This document shows positions 1-8,800 of a DNA stretch of 64,000 nucleotides, one piece after another. This DNA comes from Lachnospiraceae bacterium (GTDB lineage: Bacteria; Bacillota; Clostridia; Lachnospirales; Bianqueaceae). The translations under genes and the position numbers were made by a program. The number at the start of each line of letters is the position of its first letter. Position 1 is the stretch's first letter. Location of the stretch: positions 209,936 to 273,935 of the forward strand of contig JAAWDX010000001.1 in assembly GCA_022794035.1 (NCBI GenBank), in the 5' to 3' direction. The notes under the pieces are model-generated. The model made no database searches, was not told where the DNA came from, and worked only from the letters and a program-made list of their open reading frames with translations.

Positions 1-959
1 CGGAGGCTTATACAGGAGACTTTGAGGTTCCCTTTTCAACCAACGCGCAGATCACATGCCTGAAGCAAGAAAGGCTGTATTGGGAAAATTCAGAGGATCG
101 CTATGGCGACCTTATGGTACAGGAAGGGCAGGAGGTCAAAAAGGGGGATGTGCTTGCTACCTTTGAAGTGACGTCAGTGAGTGACGCTGATATTTTAGAA
201 AGGGAGCTGGCGATTCAAAATGCAGAGACTTCGCTGGCAAAAGTTCACACACGGTATCAGGAGGCCATTGAAAGCAAGCAGGAAAGCTTAAAGACATTGA
301 CATCCTATGAGTATCAGATTGCAGAGCTGGAGTTAGAAAAGCTTAAAAGCGAATATGCGCAGCAGGTAGCAGAAACAGAACGGCAAGCTGAGACGCTGCG
401 CAAAAGCCTGCAGGAGCTTCGGGAGAGAAAAGAGGGCGGCCGCATGATTGCGCCATTTGACGGCAGGGTGCAGTCGGTGAGCCGAAGCTTCCAAAAAGGG
501 AATAAGGTCGTCGCCTACGAGACGCTGATTGTGCTGGAGGACACAAGCAGCAGAGCGATTTGCTTTGTCAATAACAGTGCCTTCGGTACAGTGCCCTATT
601 TGAGTAAGGTGGAGCTGTACGACAAATGGGCGAAAAAAAGCTATACCGGAACCGTTGTCAGCTGCGCGCATGTGACAGGTCAGAAAATGGATGAGGTGGT
701 TGTGCAGCCTGATGATGCAGGCATTATGCTGGCTGACAGCGTGGGATTTTTAGAAGTGACGGGTAATTTAATTAGAAAATCCGATGTAATTTTGGTCGAC
801 AGTAAGGCCGTCAAAAAAGAGGGAACCAGCTACTACGTGTTTGTGCTAGGAGAAAACAATAGTATGCAAAAGGTTTATATCTCTGTCGGCGGTGAAAATG
901 CAGGCGTCACATGGGTAACAGAAGGTCTGGAGCCAGGCCAGACGGTAGTCTTAGAATAA
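1..959 (+). CDS. HlyD/MacA-family efflux transporter periplasmic adaptor (membrane-fusion protein), 5'-truncated by the window edge
   Basis: The reading frame of the 114..959 ORF stays open back to nt 3 with no stop, so the gene starts outside the window. The translation shows a lipoyl-like hairpin (VQEGQEVKKGDVLATF), a long coiled coil (ELELEKLKSEYAQQVAETERQAETLRKSLQELRER) and a beta-rich C-terminus ending GLEPGQTVVLE. These are typical of HlyD-family adaptors. An ABC permease gene follows 13 nt downstream. Confidence 0.8.
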   Translation, partial: EAYTGDFEVPFSTNAQITCLKQERLYWENSEDRYGDLMVQEGQEVKKGDVLATFEVTSVSDADILERELAIQNAETSLAKVHTRYQEAIESKQESLKTLTSYEYQIAELELEKLKSEYAQQVAETERQAETLRKSLQELRERKEGGRMIAPFDGRVQSVSRSFQKGNKVVAYETLIVLEDTSSRAICFVNNSAFGTVPYLSKVELYDKWAKKSYTGTVVSCAHVTGQKMDEVVVQPDDAGIMLADSVGFLEVTGNLIRKSDVILVDSKAVKKEGTSYYVFVLGENNSMQKVYISVGGENAGVTWVTEGLEPGQTVVLE

Positions 960-972
960 GGGGGGTGGGGCC

Positions 973-3783
973 ATGCTGGGATTTGTAAAGAATAAATTAT
1001 TCAGTAAAAAATGGATGGTTCTCAGTCTCTTGATTGGCAATATCCTGCTGATTAGCATTGCTGCATGCAGTCCCATGTATTCGGACGCAGTGCTGCAGCG
1101 GATGCTGTATAAAAACCTGACGCATCTTATGGAGACAGGGGATCGCTATCCGGGAACGCTTGAATTCAGAGCGATCTACAGCACAAAAGCACTGGATCGG
1201 ACACCGTATGAAAATTTGGAAAAATTAGAGACGCTCCGCAACGAATTTGTGCAGGAATGTCCCATTCCGATTGCGGAAACCGTGACAGAATATTATAAGT
1301 CAGATGTAGTGGTAAGGCATGAGGCAGAGGGAGGCACCTATAAAGACAGTTTTAATGCACGTCTTGAAGGGCTGGAACGATTAGGAGAGCATGTAAATAT
1401 CGTATCAGGAAGGCTCCCGGAGACTGTGCAGGATCCACTGGTTTTAGAGGCAGTTGTCAGCCAGAAGACGCTCATGGAGAGTGGTCTGGTGGTAGGTGAG
1501 CTGCTGACATTGGAGAAGCTGATCAACGTCAAAACAGAAAAACCGTATCAGGTGCTGATTACTGGGGTGATCGAGCCTAAAAATCAGACAGACCCGTACT
1601 GGTTTAACAATCCCAATCGTCTCAAAAACTACCTCTTTGTCGATCAAAACGATTTTGTAAAAAAGATGGTAGAGGATGCAGAAAACAGACAGAGCTTTGG
1701 CCGCGCGCAGCACATCATGCTGGATTATCAGCAGCTTAAGGGCGGGCAGGTATATGACCTGCTAGAACTGTGCGATGTCTATACCGAAAAAGCAGATGCC
1801 CTGTATTCGCACGGCTTTAGCGCCGTTTTCTATGATACGCTCGATGCTTATCTGGTGAGTGCAGATAAGCTTGACGTCACGCTGGTGGTGCTTCAGATTC
1901 CTGTCTTCTTGCTGCTGATGGTATTTATCTTTATGGTATCTGGGCAGATGCTGGGCATGGAACAAAATGAGATTGCCATGATCAAAAGCAGAGGAGCCTC
2001 CCGAAAGCAAATTTTGACCATATATTTACTGCAGAGCACACTCATCGCCGCCGTATCATTTGTGATTGCACTGCCGCTCTCATACCTGATTTGTCAGATC
2101 GTAGGCTCCGCCAATGCATTTTTGGAGTTTATTCAGAGAACGGCGCTGCCGGCGCGCTTTTATCTGCCAGTATGGCTGTTTGGTTTGGGAGCCGCTGTTC
2201 TCTCCGTTTTAACGATGGTACTGCCGGCTGTGCAGTATTCTAAAGTAGGAATTGTTGATCATAAGCGCCGAAACCATAAAAAGAAAAAGCCCCTGTGGCA
2301 GAAGCTTTTCGTGGATGTGCTGCTGCTGAGTGTATCGCTGTACGGCCTGTATTCCTATCATAATCAGGCCGCCTATCTTGCAGAGCGGGTAGAAGGAGGC
2401 GCCGCGCTGGATCCGCTTCTTTACATATGCAGTTCTATGTTTATTCTGGGATGTGCGCTATTCATCGTAAGGCTTTTCCCCATTCTGATCAAGATCGTCT
2501 TTCATACCTTCAAAAAATTATGGTCTCCGGCTCTGTACGCCTCTTTTTTAAGGATGCTGCGCAGCCGCGATAATCAAAACTTTATTATGGTATTTTTAAT
2601 TCTGACGATGGCACTGGGGATTTTCAGCGCCGAGACAGCGCATACCATCAATAATAATGCAGAAGAAAAAATCCGCTATATCAACGGCGCCGATGTAATG
2701 GTCATGGAGAGCTGGGGCAGCCGCAAATTTGGTTCCACCGGCGCCATGAGCACAGAAGAAACAGAAGAGGTCTTCATCGAGCCCGATTACAGCAAATATG
2801 CCTTCCTCGAAGGGGCAGAAGCCGTGACAAAGGTAATGGTGCGGGGCAGCACCCGAGTCGTTGGCGGCAGCAGCCGGATCAACAAGGTTACGCTCATGGG
2901 GATCAACACCAAGGAATTCGGTCAGGTCGCGTATATGAAGGACGGACTGCTGCCGGAGCATTGGTACCATTATCTAAACGCCATGTCACAGGATCCGGAA
3001 GCCGTGCTGGTGTCAACCAGCTTCCGCGACAAGCTGGGCTATAAGCTGGGCGAACGCATCAGCTACGAAGAAAACGGCAAGTCCACGATACGAGGCGTCA
3101 TCTACGGCTTTGTCGACTATTGGCCGGGCATGATACCGCCCGAGGCGGAAGAAAACGGCGAATCCTATTTTATCGTAGCGCATCTGTCACAGCTTCAGCT
3201 GAAGTGGGGAGTCCTGCCATATCAGATCTGGATGAAGAATGCAGGAGATTCCTCTCGCTATATCTATGATTTTGCAGAGCAGCAGGAAGTCGCATTTGAT
3301 CTATTTATAGATACCAATGCTGATTTGATTGATTTAAAGAACGATCCGGTGTTTCAGGCCACAAACGGAATCCTGACCGTTGGTTTTATCGTGGTACTGG
3401 TGCTTTGCAGCGTAGGCTTTTTGATCTACTGGATCCTGTCGATTCAGTCCAGAGCGCTCCAATTCGGCATCTTCCGGGCAATGGGAATGGCCATGAAAGA
3501 GGTGCTGGGAATGCTGATTAACGAACAGGTCTTTATGTCAGGAATCTCCATTGTGACCGGAGCCATGGTAGGCAAGCTCGCCGCACAGCTTTATGTGCCG
3601 CTCATTCAAATGGCATACAGCAGTGCAGATCAGCTTATTCCGCTCGAAATCAGCGGTGCAGGAGGCGATCAGTTTAAGCTGTATTTGGTGGTCGCGGTTG
3701 TGATGATTAGCTGCATGATCATTCTAGGATGGATGATTAAAAAGATTAAGATCGCGCAGGCGCTCAAGCTAGGGGAGGACTAA
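973..3783 (+). CDS. ABC transporter permease with two FtsX/MacB-type domains and two large extracytoplasmic domains (936 aa)
   Basis: There is an N-terminal TM helix (WMVLSLLIGNILLISIAACS). Two blocks then follow, each a soluble domain of about 270 aa plus a 3-TM FtsX module (MIKSRGASRKQILTIYLLQSTLIAAV... and IFRAMGMAMKEVLGMLINEQVFMSGISIV...). Its stop overlaps the start of the next gene (TAATG at 3781-3785). Confidence 0.85.
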   Translation: MLGFVKNKLFSKKWMVLSLLIGNILLISIAACSPMYSDAVLQRMLYKNLTHLMETGDRYPGTLEFRAIYSTKALDRTPYENLEKLETLRNEFVQECPIPIAETVTEYYKSDVVVRHEAEGGTYKDSFNARLEGLERLGEHVNIVSGRLPETVQDPLVLEAVVSQKTLMESGLVVGELLTLEKLINVKTEKPYQVLITGVIEPKNQTDPYWFNNPNRLKNYLFVDQNDFVKKMVEDAENRQSFGRAQHIMLDYQQLKGGQVYDLLELCDVYTEKADALYSHGFSAVFYDTLDAYLVSADKLDVTLVVLQIPVFLLLMVFIFMVSGQMLGMEQNEIAMIKSRGASRKQILTIYLLQSTLIAAVSFVIALPLSYLICQIVGSANAFLEFIQRTALPARFYLPVWLFGLGAAVLSVLTMVLPAVQYSKVGIVDHKRRNHKKKKPLWQKLFVDVLLLSVSLYGLYSYHNQAAYLAERVEGGAALDPLLYICSSMFILGCALFIVRLFPILIKIVFHTFKKLWSPALYASFLRMLRSRDNQNFIMVFLILTMALGIFSAETAHTINNNAEEKIRYINGADVMVMESWGSRKFGSTGAMSTEETEEVFIEPDYSKYAFLEGAEAVTKVMVRGSTRVVGGSSRINKVTLMGINTKEFGQVAYMKDGLLPEHWYHYLNAMSQDPEAVLVSTSFRDKLGYKLGERISYEENGKSTIRGVIYGFVDYWPGMIPPEAEENGESYFIVAHLSQLQLKWGVLPYQIWMKNAGDSSRYIYDFAEQQEVAFDLFIDTNADLIDLKNDPVFQATNGILTVGFIVVLVLCSVGFLIYWILSIQSRALQFGIFRAMGMAMKEVLGMLINEQVFMSGISIVTGAMVGKLAAQLYVPLIQMAYSSADQLIPLEISGAGGDQFKLYLVVAVVMISCMIILGWMIKKIKIAQALKLGED

Positions 3784-4469
3784 TGCGGATGGATACAAAA
3801 AATATGATCATCGTAAAAAACGTCTCCCGGGGCTTTGAGGTAGGAGGAGACGATCTGTTCTGGGCGCTTAAGCATATCGATATGGAAATCCCCAGAGGGA
3901 AGCTGACAATCCTCAAAGGGCGCTCCGGCTCGGGTAAAACGACGCTCATGAACATTTTAAGCGCACTGGATCAGCCCACAGAAGGAACCGTATTTTTAGG
4001 CGATAATGAGCTTACGAAAATGTCTGAAAAGCAGAGGACCCATCTGCGGCGTAAAGAGGTAGGCTATATCTTTCAGTCCGTAGCGCTGATTCCGATGATG
4101 ACGGCCTATGAAAATGTAGAGTTTAGTCTTCGGCTTGCCGGCTACGAGGAAAACTGGAAGGAGCGGGTCACTAAATGCCTGCATATGGTGGGGCTGGGCG
4201 CTCGGATGCAGCATATGCCGCAGGAGCTTTCCGGCGGTGAGCAGCAGCGTGTGGCCATTGCCAGGGCGGTGGCGCATAAGCCTGCGGTCTTATTTGCCGA
4301 TGAACCTACGGCAGAGCTGGATACCAATACAGGACTACAGGTAATGAAAATTTTTAAAGATCTTTGCCAGGATGAAGGAGTCACGGTCATCATGACGACG
4401 CATGATACGGGGCTGATGGAGATCGGCGATCAGGTCTATGAGCTGGAGGATGGTGAGATCATTGGCTGA
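3783..4469 (+). CDS. ABC transporter ATP-binding protein (MacB/LolD-like NBD 1)
   Basis: Walker A GRSGSGKTT, Q-loop, ABC signature LSGGEQQRVAIARA, Walker B VLFADEPT and H-loop TTHD. Confidence 0.93.
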   Translation: MRMDTKNMIIVKNVSRGFEVGGDDLFWALKHIDMEIPRGKLTILKGRSGSGKTTLMNILSALDQPTEGTVFLGDNELTKMSEKQRTHLRRKEVGYIFQSVALIPMMTAYENVEFSLRLAGYEENWKERVTKCLHMVGLGARMQHMPQELSGGEQQRVAIARAVAHKPAVLFADEPTAELDTNTGLQVMKIFKDLCQDEGVTVIMTTHDTGLMEIGDQVYELEDGEIIG

Positions 4470-4473
4470 AAAT

Positions 4474-5394
4474 ATGATTGAGTGCGAGAATCTGGTCAAA
4501 ATTTATAAGACAGAAGACATAGAGGTACTGGCGCTGCAGGGGCTGGAGCTTACTGTGCAGAAGGGCGAGCTGATGGCGATCATCGGCAACAGCGGCAGCG
4601 GTAAGTCGACCTTTTTGAATATGATTGGCGGGCTGGACCGCCCTTCGGCCGGACGTCTGTATGTGGATGGCCTGGATCTGTTTAAGCTTTCAGAAGCAGA
4701 GCTGGTGGCTTATAAGCGTGACATAGTTGGCTTTGTCTGGCAAAACAACGCCCGTAACCTAATGCCCTATTTAACCGCGCTGGAGAATGTGCAGATGCCG
4801 ATGATGTTTACGACCAGGCGGCGGCAAAGGGAGCGCGCAATGGAGCTTTTGGAGCTGGTAGGCCTCGGGCATCGTAAAAACAGTAAGCTAAGCTCCCTTT
4901 CCGGCGGAGAACAGCAGCGTGTGGCCATTGCCATTGCGCTGGCAAACGATCCCAAGCTGCTGCTTGCGGATGAGCCTACTGGCAGCGTAGACGTGAGAAC
5001 GAGCGATTATCTACTGGATACATTCCGTGCGCTGAATGAAGAGCTCGGACTTACGATTGTGATTGTAACGCATGACCGTCATTTGGCGAAGAAGGTCAAC
5101 CGTGTGGTTTCCATCCGCGATGGAAAGACCAGCAGTGAGATGATCATGCGGCAGAGCTATCGGGAGCGCATGAAGGAGCTGGATGGGCTGGACGATGGCA
5201 TGGCAGAGGCGATGGCGGAAGCAGCACATGAAGAATTCACAGTGCTGGACAGGGCCGGCAGGCTGCAGATTCCTTCGCAGATGCTGGATGAGATCGGCGC
5301 AACCAGCCACAAGGTTAAATTAGAGGTTGTCGATGGCCGGATTGTCATTGCTCCGGAAGAACAGGAGAATACAGAGGATAAGGAACAAGCATAA
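4474..5394 (+). CDS. ABC transporter ATP-binding protein (NBD 2) with a C-terminal extension of about 90 aa
   Basis: Walker A GNSGSGKST, signature LSGGEQQRVAIAIA, Walker B LLLADEPT and H-loop VTHD. I prefer the ATG at 4474 (MIECENLVKIY, just after the upstream stop) over the ORF-track start at 4438, which overlaps the previous gene. The tail contains RLQIPSQMLDEIGATSHKVKLEVVDGRIVIAPEE. Confidence 0.9.
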   Translation: MIECENLVKIYKTEDIEVLALQGLELTVQKGELMAIIGNSGSGKSTFLNMIGGLDRPSAGRLYVDGLDLFKLSEAELVAYKRDIVGFVWQNNARNLMPYLTALENVQMPMMFTTRRRQRERAMELLELVGLGHRKNSKLSSLSGGEQQRVAIAIALANDPKLLLADEPTGSVDVRTSDYLLDTFRALNEELGLTIVIVTHDRHLAKKVNRVVSIRDGKTSSEMIMRQSYRERMKELDGLDDGMAEAMAEAAHEEFTVLDRAGRLQIPSQMLDEIGATSHKVKLEVVDGRIVIAPEEQENTEDKEQA

Positions 5395-5396
5395 AT

Positions 5397-5450
5397 AAAA
5401 CACCCCAATGCATAAATTGTACTATATTATGGATTGGGGTGTTTTATTTA
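5397..5450 (+). terminator. Putative intrinsic terminator of the ABC operon
   Basis: Inverted repeat AAAACACCCCAAT (5397-5409) / ATTGGGGTGTTTT (5433-5445), followed by a T-rich tail. The loop is long (23 nt), which lowers confidence. Confidence 0.45.
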
Positions 5451-5707
5451 TGGGAGCTAGATGGATGGTAGAGGCTATGATTATTTTATTATCGCTTTCC
5501 GTGGTGATGATCATATGGCCGGGAATGAGGAAATTTATTTTGGGCTTTGTCCGCAATGCAGCAGTAGGGCTCTGTTTATTACAGCTGGCTGCTGTCGCGT
5601 TCGGACCGCAGCTTCAGGTAGGCCTTAACCTGCTGACGGGAGGAATTTGCGGTCTGTTTGGACTGCCGGGCACGGCCATGCTCTTAATTTTAAAAGGGGT
5701 GATGTAA
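5450..5707 (+). CDS. bofA: BofA-family (pro-sigma-K processing inhibitor-like) small membrane protein
   Basis: Small two-TM protein whose C-terminal half (GLNLLTGGICGLFGLPGTAMLLILKGVM) matches the BofA-family signature as I remember it. The ORF-track start (5408) lies inside the upstream hairpin, so ATG 5450 or ATG 5465 (GGGAG 8 nt upstream) is more plausible. Confidence 0.5.
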   Translation: MGARWMVEAMIILLSLSVVMIIWPGMRKFILGFVRNAAVGLCLLQLAAVAFGPQLQVGLNLLTGGICGLFGLPGTAMLLILKGVM

Positions 5708-5756
5708 AGGTTCGGATAAAAGTTTCTTTAAAGTGTGAATTTTTAAAAAAACAATA

Positions 5757-5785
5757 TTGACAAGTTGAAGCATAATTTATATTAT
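5757..5785 (+). promoter_or_regulatory. SigA-type promoter of the giant surface-protein gene
   Basis: TTGACA (5757-5762), 17-nt spacer, TATTAT (5780-5785). About 95 nt of leader follow, then AGGAG 8 nt before the ATG at 5881. Confidence 0.6.
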
Positions 5786-5880
5786 GACTATGTATAGCTT
5801 TTTGGTATAGCACATACTACAGGGGCGTCACGGGGACGTCTGATCAAACTTATATATCATTCTTACAAAGGAGAAAGTTT

Positions 5881-8800
5881 ATGAACGGAAGACATTGCAA
5901 ACAGATAAAAAAAGTAATGGCGATGTTGTTATGCGCAGTGATGATGCTGGGCGATATGTCCAGTGTGATGACTGCTGGCGGAATTATGCCTGCTGCCCTT
6001 TCTGCGCAGCTTTCCTCTGAGGAAGGCAGCAGCGACGCTTCTGCAGAAACTGCGCAGGACAAGCTGCAATTTACGGCGGTACCCAGCTATCAGCCAGAGG
6101 AGGGAGAAGAGCTTCCGGAAGGGGCTCAGATAACCTATACATATAGCTGGCAGTATGCGGAGCGTAAATATGATAGATGGGGCAATGAGCAGGAGCTTAC
6201 AGAAGCTGACTGGAAAACATGCGTCATTGGAGGAGAGGAAAAGCCTGACGGTACGTTTAATCCATTCTGCACAGCAGCAGAGCAGGGAGTCACAGCAGAG
6301 GACGGCAGCAGTGTCGGCCGCATGCTTCTTGTTTCGGTGCCGGATGGCATAGATCGCCGTACGCAGCTTTCCAAGATGACGGTACGCTGCGTTGTGGGAG
6401 CAACAGTTCAGGATGGAGAAGGCAATGAGCTGGAGGAGCTTTCCAAGACGATCGTTACGAATAGGACCAATATCCGCATGGATGCAGCGCTGCTTGCTTG
6501 TGACCTTACGGTTACCTATACAGAGAATACAGTGCTGACGGTGTCGGCGCCGGATCTTAGCTATGAGGCAGTGCCTGCGGTGGCTAATGCGCCTGTTGAC
6601 AGTGATATTACATATACCTATACATGGCAGTATTATGATACTTCGGGATGGCGCGGACAGTGGAGAGATATTACCTATCGAAATTCTCCTCTTAAAAATG
6701 CAGTTGTTTCGGATGGTACGTTGATGCTGACCTTGCCGGCAACGATAGCAGAGAGGAAAAAGCTAGACGGCCTGCGGGTACAGTGTAAGGTGACGGCGAC
6801 AGCAGACGGATATACGATCGGCAATTCGCCAACTGGTTTTTATGAATTCGGGACGGTTTCCGTTGACAGCAGCCTGCTGCAGTATGGTCTTTTGGTGAGG
6901 AGCGACAATACAGCGGCGCAGATCAAGGATGCCAGTGATATTTTAAGCTTTAAGGTAACGCCCGCTCTGAGCGGCGCTGATGCGTCCTTCAATAATTATC
7001 AATACGATTGGCAGTATCTGGATGCTGAGGGCAACTGGACAAGTATTAGCCGCAGCGATGAAAACTGTCCATTGCGGTATGCTACCAGTACATCAGGAGC
7101 AGATTCTGTGTTATCGATGCCTTTGCCGGAAAATGTGGATTCGCGCAGAGCGCTTAATCAGACGAAGGTTCGCTGCGTTGTTTCGGTAAACGGTGTCAGT
7201 CCGGTCAATCCGCCGCAGGTGATTGGCGAGGAAGCAGTCGTAGAAATTGCTCCGGAGCTTTTGACAGAGTTTAGTTTGATTATGACGGCGTCGCCATCGA
7301 ACAGCAGCCGGATTGACTACCCTGGGCAGAGTATGTCCATTGGCTATGAAACGGCAGTGGATGGTCTGCATGCAGATGAGGCAGTTATAAAATATATTTG
7401 GGAATACAAGGCAAAGGGGGCTTCTGTCTTTCAGCCGCTGAGCGCAGCCTCTGGCATATTCCAAGGCGGCGTATTCAGCGAAAGCGGAAATAGCTTTAGC
7501 TTCAATAATACAGGGTCCAGCAATAAAGCGAATCTTAAGGCGATGGACGGAGCGACGATTCGCTGCACGGCCGAGCTATATGCCAACGGAGATGCGGCCG
7601 CAAACGGAGATCCCTATGAGATCAGCCGCTCAAAGGAAGTTACGGTAAGCATCAACGAAGCGCTCATTTCCGAGTATGGTCAGTCGTCATGGCTGCAGAA
7701 TGCATGGCTTGAGGTGGATGCAATCAATGAGCTGAATACCTTTGCAACAGGAAATGAAATATTGACCGTTCGTGCAACGGCTAGGGCAGAGGCGGATGAA
7801 TTTAATCTTCCTGACGGAGCCATAGCTGGTGATTATGCTTTAGGTGTTGACCCCAATTATGGCGGCGGCTATCAGCATGTATGGGAATATAGAGAGAACG
7901 GCAGTGAGGAATGGAAGCCCATCAGCACGCTTGAGAGCGCTGTGCTCGATTATATTACCATTACGGATGGCACGGATGATACGGAAAATACCAGTGTCTT
8001 AGAAATAGAGCTGCCCGAAACCTATGCCGGCCGTATGCGGCTGACGGGTATGTCCTTCCGCTGCATCAGCTCGGCGATTGCTACGGCGAACCATCTGAGT
8101 GAGGTTACGCGCTGGGGATTCATCTCGGCGAGCACACCGGATGATGCGTTTACGGTTTTGGTAAATCCAAAGCTGCTGCGCAGTCAGGCCTCCAGCACGC
8201 GCAGAATCATTGCGTTCCTTACCGCAGAGGAAGCAGAGCGCTATCTGGCGGATCCGGAAAACTTTGATGTCAGCACGGCGCAGCAATATGATTATACGAG
8301 ATCCTATCTGGTTGAATACTTTGCTGATGGTGTCAGAGAAGAGCGCGCTATCGCAAACTTCCCTGAAAGCGTGGTTGCGATTTATGAATATCAGGTAGAA
8401 AAGGATATTGAGACCGTTGAAACCAAGCTGGGCGCGGTGGAGATCCCTGTGCCCTGGAGATTTATTGTTCAGAACGGAAAACAATACAATCTAAGCAGTA
8501 CAAAAGCAGAATACCGGTATGATGCTGTATTTGCACAGATCATTCCGCAGTGGAATGCAGAGGAGCTGCAGAAATATATTGATGAGCATCCAGATCCGAA
8601 TGCGCTGGATTATGATGAAGATGATGCCGTTAAATGGGTGATTGCGGCCGGTCTGAACGGACGTTTTCCGCATATCAAGGTTTGCTGGAATACCGAGCTT
8701 AAAGGTTTGGCGAACAATGCAGATTATGTAAAATATAACGGTATGTACGGAGCCTCTGGCAGTGCAGAGGAAAAAGCCAAGGTAGCAGAGCTGGCAGGAG

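Noticed and set aside
5786-5880. Possible c-di-GMP riboswitch in the 5' leader of the giant adhesin gene, as seen for some clostridial adhesins
   Set aside because: The leader is only ~95 nt. It lacks the conserved GEMM-I/II sequence blocks I can recall (e.g. ACGCACAGGGCAAACC...GACGCAAAGC). Only a small CGTC/GACG hairpin is present.
5908-5914. A7 homopolymer in the signal-peptide-coding part of the giant gene as a possible slipped-strand phase-variation switch
   Set aside because: Seven adenines is short for efficient slippage, and the tract simply encodes Lys-Lys in the n-region of the signal peptide. A single sequence gives no evidence of variability.
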